Below, piece by piece: positions 10,235 to 18,919 of a stretch of 64,000 nucleotides of DNA. This DNA is from Acidobacteriota bacterium. Its GTDB lineage: Bacteria > Acidobacteriota > UBA6911 > RPQK01 > JADFOI01. The stretch's first letter is position 1; each line of letters opens with the position of its first letter. The notes beneath the pieces are model-generated. The model searched no databases, was not told where the DNA came from, and was given only the letters and a program-made list of their open reading frames with translations. The DNA lies in the NCBI GenBank assembly GCA_963663035.1, contig OY760074.1, forward strand, positions 1,056,001-1,120,000, written 5' to 3'. Both the position numbers and the translations under genes were made by a program.

Positions 10235-12610
10235 TTACGGTTCGAGATTCATTCGACGCAGCAGATCCGTGAAGCGAGGGTCGTCGCGGATGGGGTCGAA
10301 CTCAAAATTTGATGATTGGATCCGAAAGCTATCCAGCTCCTCCGGTTCAACGGCCTGGTCGAGCCACTCAAAGGCCTGATCAATCTCTCCCAATCCAACA
10401 TAGACGGCTGCGATTTCGCTGGGCCGGGCATTCGATCCTTCGAGCTCCTCGAGCAACTCGAGGGCTTCCTCTCGTTGATCTGTCACTGCCAGAAAATAGG
10501 CAAGCCGAGCAGCTCCGATAACAAAATCGAGATCCGTGCCCCTTCGAAGACTGGCCAATGCCTCCTGGTGGAGTCCCTTGCGGAAATAGGCTCTTCCAAG
10601 ACTGGCATGGCCGACTGCAAAATTGGGTTGCAACTCCAGCGCGTTGCTGAACTGCTCGATGGCAAGGTCGTACTCTCCTTTTTGAGTCAGTTCGAGTCCC
10701 AAGTCCAAAGTGATGCGAGGCGACAGTGGATCCAGTGCTTGAGCTTCACGAAGCTCAGCCAAGGCCTCGTCGAAATAGGCTTTCGACCTCAAGTACAAAC
10801 CATGGTAATGGTGGGCCGTTGGATAGTTCGGCTTCAGTTGAAGGCCCCGTAGTAACTCTCTTTCTGCAAGCTCCCAGTTGAAACGGAACATTGCCTGAAA
10901 ACCCGTTGAGACATGGGCTTCAGCGAGACTTTCGTCCAGACCCCGGGCGTTGGTGGCGGCTTTCTCCGCCGCTTGCAAGGCCTCCTGGCCAGCCACATGA
11001 CGGTACACACCCTGAAGGAGAAAGGTATCGGCCAGTCCTGCATAGGCCAGGGCATAGTCTGGATCGATCTCAATGGCTTGATTGAAGTGGCCGATGGCTT
11101 GCTCAAATCCTTCCTTCGATCTCTGGTTCCAGTAATAGCGTCCTCTTATAAAGAGTTGATAAGCCTCGACGTTCTCGGTGTAGCGCTTGGTGAGTTCCTC
11201 CCTCTGCTCTCCTGTGAGCTGCAGCCCAAGAACGTCGGCAATCTCAGCTGCGAACTGCTCTTCGATCTCCAGCAGATCAGAACGGGTGCGTATAAACCGC
11301 CCTCCCCATAGACTGCGATTGTTCCTGGCATCAACCAGCTCCACATAAAGGGCAATCTCATCCCCGGTTTGCCGCAGGTAACCCGTTATGATCCCTTGAA
11401 CACCTAACTCCTCTCCTACCATGTCTGGATCAACCCCCTTTTGGCTGAAACGTTCTATGGCTATTCCGGGAACCACCCTCTCCAACTGCTCCAATTGCGA
11501 CAAGCGATGGATGGCACCCTGGGCAATGCCCTCGGCAAGAAAATCCAATTCCGGATCGTCGGTGCGATTTTCAATGGGAAGGACCGCGATGGAGTTGATC
11601 ATTTCCGAGGGCGGAGCCGATGAGAAGAACCAGAACCAGGCCAGAGCCAGAACAACAATGGAAACTATTCCTCCAGCTACGGCTGCCCAGAAGGAACTGC
11701 GCCGTCGCACTGTATTTTCTTCGGGAACCTGGGCACTGGCTGCTGGTCCTTCCGCTATGTCTTTTTGCAGCCTCTTTAGATCAACCATCAACTCTATCGC
11801 CGTCTGGTAGCGAATCTTTCTATCCTTCTCCAGGCACTTGATGATGACAGTCTCTAACTGGTCTGGGAGTTCCGGATTCAGTCTTACAGGGGAGGTGGGG
11901 GCCTTGTTGAGAATTTCATTAAAAACCGCAACAGAGTTGTCACCCGTGAAAGGCAACTTACCCGTTGCCATCTGATACAGCACGACTCCCAGCGAGAAGA
12001 CATCTGTACGGGAATCGAGCAGCTGCCCCAGGGCCTGCTCCGGGGACATATGGCTTACCGTTCCCACAGGTTGCCCTGAATCGGTCGTGAGCTCCGCTGC
12101 TGGCTGGGCTGTAGAACTGTCTGAGTCCACTTCTGGCTCCTCGGTCAGCTTAGCCACACCGAAGTCCAGGATCTTGGCAGGACCTCTCTTGGTGATGAAG
12201 ATATTGGACGGTTTGATGTCGCGATGGATGATTCCTTCCCAATTAGCAGCATCGAGAGCGTCGGCGATCTGAATTCCCAACTCCAGAACTTCATCTGTTT
12301 CGATGGGAGTGCCCGTCAGTCGATCCTTGACTGTCTGGCCCTCCAGAAGCTCCATCACAATAAAAGGCTGACCCTTGTGGTCCCCGACGTCGTAAATGAC
12401 GCAGATATTGGGATGATTCAATGCAGAGGCAGCACGGGCTTCTCTCTGGAACCGCTCCAGCGCTTTTTCATTCTCAGCCAGTTTCTCCGGAAGGAGTTTC
12501 AGGGCGACGTTGCGACCGAGCCTGGTGTCTTTCGCCTTGTAGACCACGCCCATGCCACCGCCACCAAGCTTCTCCAGGATCGTGTAGTGGGAAATGGTTT
12601 GGCCGATCAC
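10235..12610 (-). CDS. Hanks-type Ser/Thr protein kinase with TM, TolB_N-like and TPR domains (paralog of 5697-8057)
   Basis: HRDIKPSN, DFG, HMSPEQ, SIAVLPIEN, TPRs; GTG start with RBS GGGGGAG. Confidence 0.95.
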   Translation of the reverse strand: MIGQTISHYTILEKLGGGGMGVVYKAKDTRLGRNVALKLLPEKLAENEKALERFQREARAASALNHPNICVIYDVGDHKGQPFIVMELLEGQTVKDRLTGTPIETDEVLELGIQIADALDAANWEGIIHRDIKPSNIFITKRGPAKILDFGVAKLTEEPEVDSDSSTAQPAAELTTDSGQPVGTVSHMSPEQALGQLLDSRTDVFSLGVVLYQMATGKLPFTGDNSVAVFNEILNKAPTSPVRLNPELPDQLETVIIKCLEKDRKIRYQTAIELMVDLKRLQKDIAEGPAASAQVPEENTVRRRSSFWAAVAGGIVSIVVLALAWFWFFSSAPPSEMINSIAVLPIENRTDDPELDFLAEGIAQGAIHRLSQLEQLERVVPGIAIERFSQKGVDPDMVGEELGVQGIITGYLRQTGDEIALYVELVDARNNRSLWGGRFIRTRSDLLEIEEQFAAEIADVLGLQLTGEQREELTKRYTENVEAYQLFIRGRYYWNQRSKEGFEQAIGHFNQAIEIDPDYALAYAGLADTFLLQGVYRHVAGQEALQAAEKAATNARGLDESLAEAHVSTGFQAMFRFNWELAERELLRGLQLKPNYPTAHHYHGLYLRSKAYFDEALAELREAQALDPLSPRITLDLGLELTQKGEYDLAIEQFSNALELQPNFAVGHASLGRAYFRKGLHQEALASLRRGTDLDFVIGAARLAYFLAVTDQREEALELLEELEGSNARPSEIAAVYVGLGEIDQAFEWLDQAVEPEELDSFRIQSSNFEFDPIRDDPRFTDLLRRMNLEP

Positions 12611-12648
12611 TCTTTGACTCCCCCCGCGAAAGTAGGCGGATTTCCTCT

Positions 12649-12677
12649 ATTGTAGCGTCCGCTCTGTGAGCGGACAA
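12649..12677 (-). promoter_or_regulatory. sigma70-like promoter TTGTCC-17-TACAAT containing an 8-bp-arm palindrome
   Basis: GTCCGCTC-TGT-GAGCGGAC overlaps the -35 element and spacer. Confidence 0.5.
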
Positions 12678-12693
12678 ATCAAAGTCGAGGTGT

Positions 12694-12777
12694 GCCGCCC
12701 TTACAGGGCTCCAATCAGTTGCTGCGTCCTACCCAGGGCTTACGCCCTGGGCTATTTCATGGCACCCCTTCGGGGCT
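12694..12777. repeat. three-hairpin REP/MITE-like repeat
   Basis: GCCCT-TAC-AGGGC ... CCCAGGGC-TTAC-GCCCTGGG ... CCCC-TTC-GGGG. Single copy in this window. Confidence 0.6.
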
Positions 12778-12791
12778 CCGGAGGTAACCCG

Positions 12792-12816
12792 TTCGGCACC
12801 TGAGGTGCCTCCCACG
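12792..12816. repeat. REP family B (GTGGGAGGCACCTCAGGTGCCGAA, reverse orientation)
   Basis: Same 25-mer at 21327-21351 and 30021-30045; near-identical at 27534-27559. Confidence 0.9.
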
Positions 12817-12859
12817 TTCTGTTCCCCCGCATTCTGTCCCCCCCATTTCTCTCATTTCA

Positions 12860-13477
12860 CTACCGGCTGTCGGTCGTGCCCAACAGCCGCTCTATAGCAC
12901 TTGGAATGTCGGTGATGATCAGCGTATTGGTCCGGATATCGACGTTGATGCTACCCCTGGGGCTCAGCTGTGACTCCAAAATCGGAAGTATTTCCGTGGC
13001 GGTGGCATAATTCAGACGTCTGCTCACCGTGATGGTCTGCGCAGCCTGAACTTTCGCCTCTTTCAACTGCCGCTGGATTTCCTGCTCCTGTATCAACTTT
13101 GTTTTAGTGGAGATGCGCACCAGAGCACCCTCAATACTCCTGACCAGGCCCTGACTCTGGAGGACCGAATCCAAGAGCTGGTCCCAAGGCACCTGTTCGA
13201 CATTGAGTGTCAGTGATCCGGTGACCTCCGGGTCAATCAAAAAGTTCAGGCCGCTCAACTCCGATAGGGTTCTCAAGAAATCTACCAGAGAGATTCCGAC
13301 CACTTTCAGTGAAACGGGCTCACCTTCGTACTGGCTCTCCTGTACCGCCTGGGGTGAGGGGGTCAGAGAGCTTGCTTCAGGACCGGAGCTTGCTGAGCAA
13401 AGGGGAAGTCCGCACGCGAAAACCAGAGTTACGATCGGCAACAGGATCTTGTCATGGCTGATGGTGGTTCCGACCAT
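12860..13477 (-). CDS. PilQ/secretin N-terminal (STN/N-domain)-only protein
   Basis: YEGEPVSL, SGLNFLIDPEVTGSLTLNVEQVPWDQLLD, LNYATA, LSPRGSINVDIRTNTLIITD; stops before the secretin barrel. Confidence 0.75.
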   Translation of the reverse strand: MVGTTISHDKILLPIVTLVFACGLPLCSASSGPEASSLTPSPQAVQESQYEGEPVSLKVVGISLVDFLRTLSELSGLNFLIDPEVTGSLTLNVEQVPWDQLLDSVLQSQGLVRSIEGALVRISTKTKLIQEQEIQRQLKEAKVQAAQTITVSRRLNYATATEILPILESQLSPRGSINVDIRTNTLIITDIPSAIERLLGTTDSR

Positions 13478-13502
13478 ACTTCTGTCTCCCTATTTTACCC
13501 GA

Positions 13503-15236
13503 TTAATCCAAATAGGAATTTCTGACCGGTGGCCGAAGGTAATCCACCTTCTGCATCGGATCCTGATTGGGATTGACGTAGACAAACTTTCCATGGGTCA
13601 TGGTCATCAGGATGGGAATATCTTTGATCTCCAGGGGATCGATAGAGAGGATGTCCCGTCCCAACACCACCAGGTCGGCATATTTTCCTGCCTCTATGGA
13701 ACCTTTGACATCCTCTTCAAAGAAGGTCCAGGCCGATGTGATGGTAATGGCCCGGATGGCCTCTTCCAGTGTCAGTCTTTCTTCCGGTTGAAACACCCTG
13801 CCTGACTTGCGCACCCGGTTCACGGCCGCCCACACGCTGAAGAGGGGACCAACCGGCGACTGATCGCTGCTGAGAATCACCGGAATGCCCGCATCCCGAT
13901 AACTCCCCACGGGCTTGGGGCCCAGATCGGGCCGCTGCTGGTTGATCATGTAGTTTTCTTCCGTGTCATCGGCCAGGTGATACACCGGGCCCGCCTGCAA
14001 GTCGGCAATAATGCCCAGCCGTTTCATGGTCTGGAGGTTTTCACGGGTGGGCTGATTGATGTGTGTAAAGACGTGGCGGGCGTCTTCTCGGGGATAGAGC
14101 CGAAAGGCTTCCTCCAGCGCCTGGACGGCATAATCGAAAGTCTCGGGAGTTCGGATGTGCACGTAAAGCTGCCATCCTTGCCTGTGTCCTTCAATGAGCA
14201 CCTTGGTCGCTTCTTCAGCCGGGACAATGTAGGGCGCAGCCCCGGATTGCCCCTTGTCCAGGCTGAGCTTGAAGGTTCCTACCCGCAGGAAATCGCTTCT
14301 GAAGGGCGGTGCAAAGAGGAGATTATCAATCAGCTCCAGACAGTCCTGGGCCGAGAAGGCGCGCACCGGAATCCGAACCATCAAATTGATGCGTACGGGC
14401 AATCCTTCCTTGCTGTTGGCCAGTCTTTGATAGGCGTGTTGAGCGGGCTGATTTTCGGTGGAGGTCAAGGGATCGGAAAGGCTGGTGATGCCGGTGGGAA
14501 GAATGTCCCTGTGAAGCGCGCGATCGATGTTTTGCTCCAGTTTTTCTGCGGGCCAGACCTTCAACGTCCCCTCCCTCAGGAGGTTGAAGGCGGCAAACCC
14601 GCTTGCCACTCCCGTGAGATCCCCACTCCTGGGATCTATTTCAAACTCGCCGAAAAGTCCTTGCTTGTAGGGCTGGGGGGTATTCCGATTGATTTGGGCA
14701 GCGGCCAGGGCCAGGCTATTGGCGACGTTCACCAGGTCGCCGCCAAAGGCAAGAATGACAGGGTGTTCCTGTGAGACGGGGTCCAGATCGTGGCGCGTGG
14801 GCCAGCGCTGCTCTGCGATCCGTTGAAGGGCAGGCCCGCGGGGAATCCAGACCAGTTCTCCTGGAGGTGTAGCTGCCACTTTCTGGCGGACCACTTCCAC
14901 GATTTCCCCAATGGATCTGGCGTTGCTGAATTCCTGGATCAAGGGCTCAGGAGGTTCACCCACCCGGTGGGCCAGGTGAACGTGGGAGTCGTTAAATCCC
15001 GGTAAAACGGTTTTCCCCTCTAAATCCACCTTTTCTGTTTGGGCTGCGGCCAGTGCCAGGATCTCGCTATCGGAGCCCACCGCTACAAAGCGCCCATCCT
15101 TGATGGCCACTGCCTGGGCCAGGGAGAAATCCCCGTCCACCGTCACGATCCTCCCGTTGTGCAGCACCATGTCGGGTGCCAGAGCCTCTGGAACATCAGA
15201 GGCACATCGGCTGAAGAGGAGTAGTGCAAAAAGCAA
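13503..15236 (-). CDS. amidohydrolase-3 (YtcJ-like) putative lipoprotein
   Basis: PDMVLHNGRIVTVD, PGFNDSHVH, SSD, GSIEAGKYADLVVL. Start placed at TTG 15236 behind GGAGG; the longer track ORF overlaps the SRAP gene. Confidence 0.85.
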   Translation of the reverse strand: MLFALLLFSRCASDVPEALAPDMVLHNGRIVTVDGDFSLAQAVAIKDGRFVAVGSDSEILALAAAQTEKVDLEGKTVLPGFNDSHVHLAHRVGEPPEPLIQEFSNARSIGEIVEVVRQKVAATPPGELVWIPRGPALQRIAEQRWPTRHDLDPVSQEHPVILAFGGDLVNVANSLALAAAQINRNTPQPYKQGLFGEFEIDPRSGDLTGVASGFAAFNLLREGTLKVWPAEKLEQNIDRALHRDILPTGITSLSDPLTSTENQPAQHAYQRLANSKEGLPVRINLMVRIPVRAFSAQDCLELIDNLLFAPPFRSDFLRVGTFKLSLDKGQSGAAPYIVPAEEATKVLIEGHRQGWQLYVHIRTPETFDYAVQALEEAFRLYPREDARHVFTHINQPTRENLQTMKRLGIIADLQAGPVYHLADDTEENYMINQQRPDLGPKPVGSYRDAGIPVILSSDQSPVGPLFSVWAAVNRVRKSGRVFQPEERLTLEEAIRAITITSAWTFFEEDVKGSIEAGKYADLVVLGRDILSIDPLEIKDIPILMTMTHGKFVYVNPNQDPMQKVDYLRPPVRNSYLD

Positions 15237-15465
15237 TGAAAAACGCCTCCCTGTGATTGCGGGTTTCCTGGGACAGAAAGCTCTCAACGATACCCTTCCT
15301 TGTCTTCCCCTCAGGGGGGGGTGTGTCTTTCCAAATCTTAGATGGGAAGGGGGCCAAAGGCAAGGGGTGACAGGCAGATGAACAAGAAGATTTTTAGCGT
15401 CCAGGCCTTCAATGTCTAGCTTCTGTTGAGAGCTTGGAGTACCCTGACTGAAAGGGATCTCCTCA

Positions 15466-16119
15466 ATGTGTGGAAGACTTTCAATCGCTACCGGCTCGGA
15501 TATCTTGAGTGTCAGGTTTAACGTCGAGATCACGGAAGATCTGCAGCCCAGGTACAACGCAGCTCCCACTCAATACTTGCCGGTCATCTTGAATGATGAA
15601 CCGAGGACTATCAATCTCTGCAAGTGGGGACTCATTCCCTATTGGGCAAAGGAAGCAAAAATAGGAAGCAGGATGATCAATGCGAGAGCAGAGACATTGC
15701 TGGAGAAACCATCCTTTAGAAATGCTTTCAAGAAGCAGAGATGTCTGGTTTTGGCGGATGGTTTCTATGAATGGAAGAAAACTCCGGATGAAAAGAGACC
15801 CTATCGGATAACTATGAAAAATAATGAGCCCTTTGCCTTGGCTGGCATTTGGGATGCGTGGAGAACTCCCGAGGGTGAGGAACTGAGATCCTTTTCGATC
15901 ATCACCACAGAGCCTAATGATCTGATGAAAGATTTGCATAACAGAATGCCGGCGATATTGGACAAAGAGAATGAGGAGCGATGGCTGCAGGATATCGACC
16001 CTTCTGCTGCCCAGGACATGCTGGAACCCTATCCCGGTGATGATCTTCAGGCCTATCCAATCTCAACCCTGGTCAACAGTCCCAGGAATGATTCTGAGGC
16101 GATCATCACGCCCGTGTAG
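15466..16119 (+). CDS. yedK: SOS response-associated peptidase (SRAP/HMCES family abasic-site processing protein)
   Basis: N-terminal MCGR, RYNAAPTQ, WGLIP, INARAET, GFYEW, HNRMP. Confidence 0.95.
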   Translation: MCGRLSIATGSDILSVRFNVEITEDLQPRYNAAPTQYLPVILNDEPRTINLCKWGLIPYWAKEAKIGSRMINARAETLLEKPSFRNAFKKQRCLVLADGFYEWKKTPDEKRPYRITMKNNEPFALAGIWDAWRTPEGEELRSFSIITTEPNDLMKDLHNRMPAILDKENEERWLQDIDPSAAQDMLEPYPGDDLQAYPISTLVNSPRNDSEAIITPV

Positions 16120-16209
16120 GCCCGTGGGCTAAACAGGCTCGCCTGAAGCCCACGGCTCTGATTGAGTTCCGTCAGTTCCGACAGAGCCGCAGGCTTTAGC
16201 CTGCGGGCC
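16119..16209. repeat. REPIN-like doublet of REP family A (inverted relative to 8168)
   Basis: CCGTGGGCT-AAACAGGCTCGCCTGA-AGCCCACGG-CTCTG...CAGAG-CCGCAGGC-TTTA-GCCTGCGG. Confidence 0.85.
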
Positions 16210-16311
16210 CATCTTTCCCCTGGAACTTGCCTTTGCCCTGGTGAAGACTTAGGATGCTGCCCAAAGCATAATCTTTATGACGCTGCTGAAAGCAAAGAAG
16301 GGAAGGGAATT

Positions 16312-17967
16312 ATGAAGCGCGTAGTGTTCTCGATGGTCGGTTTATCCTTGGCTTCTGTCCTGGTTTTGGTTGGTTGCAGTGGAGTATGGGGGGATCAGGC
16401 ACTGTCGGAGGCAGAGCTGGCCTGTCTGGCTTTGACCGGTGTGAGAAATCTCACCATTACATCGGCTGAACTGGTCGATGCCACGGAGTCGACTCCCCAA
16501 TACTGCTATGTGAAGGGAACCATTCTCCCTGCCATCAAATATCATGTCCAGTTGCCCCTGCCGGAGAACTGGAATGGCCGATTTTTGAAGTCGGGAGACG
16601 GCGGCAAGGACGGGGATCTGGATTTTTCCAATGCCCGTCTGGCCCAGGGCTACGCGGTGGCCAACAGCAATACCGGTCACGACAGCGGAGCGGAACCGGG
16701 GTCAACCTTTGGATATAACAACCGCCAGGCGGAAATCGATTTTGGTTACCGAGCGGTGCATCTCACCGCCAATGCAGCCAAGACAGTGATTGATGCCTAT
16801 TACGATCAGGCTCCCGAATATTCCTACTTCGAGGGCTGCTCAACGGGTGGGATGCAGGCTATGACGGAAGCCCAGCGCTTCCCCTATGATTTTGACGGAA
16901 TTGTGGGCGGTGATCCCGGGTTCTTCTATCAGGCGCTCAACATCACCCATGTCTGGTATTTGCAGCGGATGTTCATGAATGACTATGCAGGCATGTTGGC
17001 CTTTGATAAGGACGGGGATGGTGCTTTTGACAGCATCAGAAAACTGGAGATGCTGGCGGAAGCGGTCATGGACAAATGCGACTCCAACGACGGGATCAGC
17101 GACGGGGTCATCGACAATCCGGCGGCTTGCGACTTCGACCCGGATGTGGACCTGGCCGGAATGATGTGCGCCGGCAACGTCAACGCCGATGAATGTCTCA
17201 CCACTGCACAACTGCAGACCATCAAGGATTTTTATGGCGGCGCTCACGACAGCAAAGGGGTTTCGATTTTAAATGGGAAAGCCTTCGGTACGGAACTGGC
17301 CTGGGCCCGTCGCTATATCCCCTATGAAGGGAACTCCTTTAGACCTTCCCAACTGGGCACTTCGGGTGATCACATCAACTACCTTTTCTACGAGACCGAT
17401 CCGGGTGTGGCAATGCAAGATCTTTCCGATCCCTCTCTTGCTCCCGATAAAAACCAGCTTCCTCCAGAGTGGTCTCTGTGGGACTTCAACATCGATGATT
17501 TCACCTCGGGCAAGGGCGATCTGATGAGATCCATTACCGATGCGACTGACGCTGATTTAACCCGATTTCATAGCAAAAACGGCGGCAAGATGATTCTCTA
17601 CACCGGTTGGGCTGATCCCTCACCTCCTGCTGCCAGACTGATCGATTATTACAACGAAGTTGTGAGTACCACCTTTGAAGGTGATCTGGAGACCACCAAA
17701 GAGAATCTACGCCTGTTCCTGGCGCCTGGGATGGGTCACTGCAGCGGTGGGCCCGGTCCCAACACCTGGGATAAGCTGGCCCCGCTGGTAGATTGGGTGG
17801 AAAATGGCAATGCGCCGGAGTTTGTGGTTGCCACCCACAGCACCGATGGGGTGGTGGACAATGAGCGGCCCATTTGCGCCTATCCGGAAATTGCCGTCTA
17901 CTCTGGACCGGCTGGCGGAGGAAACGATCCTGCCAATTGGGTGGCCAGCAATTTTACCTGCCAGTGA
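16312..17967 (+). CDS. tannase/feruloyl esterase family lipoprotein
   Basis: LVGC lipobox after MKRVVF (ATG 16312); WNGRF, GCSTGG, GWAD, PGMGHC. Confidence 0.9.
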   Translation: MKRVVFSMVGLSLASVLVLVGCSGVWGDQALSEAELACLALTGVRNLTITSAELVDATESTPQYCYVKGTILPAIKYHVQLPLPENWNGRFLKSGDGGKDGDLDFSNARLAQGYAVANSNTGHDSGAEPGSTFGYNNRQAEIDFGYRAVHLTANAAKTVIDAYYDQAPEYSYFEGCSTGGMQAMTEAQRFPYDFDGIVGGDPGFFYQALNITHVWYLQRMFMNDYAGMLAFDKDGDGAFDSIRKLEMLAEAVMDKCDSNDGISDGVIDNPAACDFDPDVDLAGMMCAGNVNADECLTTAQLQTIKDFYGGAHDSKGVSILNGKAFGTELAWARRYIPYEGNSFRPSQLGTSGDHINYLFYETDPGVAMQDLSDPSLAPDKNQLPPEWSLWDFNIDDFTSGKGDLMRSITDATDADLTRFHSKNGGKMILYTGWADPSPPAARLIDYYNEVVSTTFEGDLETTKENLRLFLAPGMGHCSGGPGPNTWDKLAPLVDWVENGNAPEFVVATHSTDGVVDNERPICAYPEIAVYSGPAGGGNDPANWVASNFTCQ

Positions 17968-18006
17968 TGGCGTTGATGGGTCGTGACCAGCTCATTGAGA
18001 TTCTGT

Positions 18007-18201
18007 AGCCCGCATTATGCATAAATTTTCTGCTACAGTGTCGCAATCATCCGCGCTGACGGCGTTGTGTTTCCTTGCGCTCCTCGGCGTACTGCATGAG
18101 TACGCCTGCGGGGCGCGACCCGCAAGCGGGTACCCCTCACACGCCTTGTCATCGCGGCGCTTGCGCCACTTCGCTACGAAAACCTATGCATAATGCGGGC
18201 T
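18007..18201. mobile_element. MITE with IS1380-like terminal inverted repeats
   Basis: AGCCCGCATTATGCATA...TATGCATAATGCGGGCT (17-bp perfect IR). Left end matches the IS left end at 41129 in 17 of 19 nt. Internal hairpins, no ORF. Confidence 0.75.
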
Positions 18202-18298
18202 GGTGACGATTGTCACGGCAGTCCCCATCAAATAGTGCCAGAGTAGGGATCAGGAAAAATAAGAAGTCCAACGTCTTCTGCGCCCGTTTCGAGAAAAG

Positions 18299-18859
18299 AT
18301 GAAGAGTAGAGTTGTGAAAGTGATTGCTGCTGTTGCCTTCTCTCTCGTCCTGGCGGGCATGGCCAGCAGCTACTTTCTGGTGAAGATTCTGATGTGGGTG
18401 TGGCCTGGATTTCGAGACTCTGTTTTTCGAGAGGCGAGCAGAGGCCCATATGATCTGCACTCCTTGATTCTCCTCTCAATCTCGACACTTGTTCTCCTGA
18501 TGGCTGTTTACCTCTTTTTTGGGGTTGCCCACTACTTCCTCAAGCGGACCGGCTTCCATCAGGCACTGCACAGACTTTTCCACTGCACAGGCCACCACGC
18601 TTTATTTAACGCGTTGGCCCTGTCCGTCCTGCTTGCCTGTGTGATTCTGAACATGTGGGTCGTTGCTATCCAAAGTGTGACCCTGTACTCCCTGGGTTCT
18701 ATTGAAATCCTCGCATCTGAGATCCCACTAGACACGCGTTTGCGCCTGAGAGTGGATTTCTTCTGCATGAGAAACGCCGATGATTTTGACCTGCTCCACC
18801 AGAAGCTCCTGGTCCTCTCCAGGGCACTGAACGTATCACTGCCGGACTTTGACCTGTAA
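18299..18859 (+). CDS. hypothetical membrane protein (about 3 TM)
   Basis: Three hydrophobic segments; no family motif recognised. Confidence 0.5.
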   Translation: MKSRVVKVIAAVAFSLVLAGMASSYFLVKILMWVWPGFRDSVFREASRGPYDLHSLILLSISTLVLLMAVYLFFGVAHYFLKRTGFHQALHRLFHCTGHHALFNALALSVLLACVILNMWVVAIQSVTLYSLGSIEILASEIPLDTRLRLRVDFFCMRNADDFDLLHQKLLVLSRALNVSLPDFDL

Positions 18860-18919
18860 CCCTGTAGGTTGAACTTCTTGCGAAAAGTTTGAAATATAGT
18901 AAAAGGGCTTCAATAAGTT

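Noticed and set aside
15237-15569. N-terminal extension of the 688-aa amidohydrolase ORF
   Set aside because: It overlaps the divergent SRAP gene and is absent from the paralog at 61656; a TTG with RBS at 15236 fits better.
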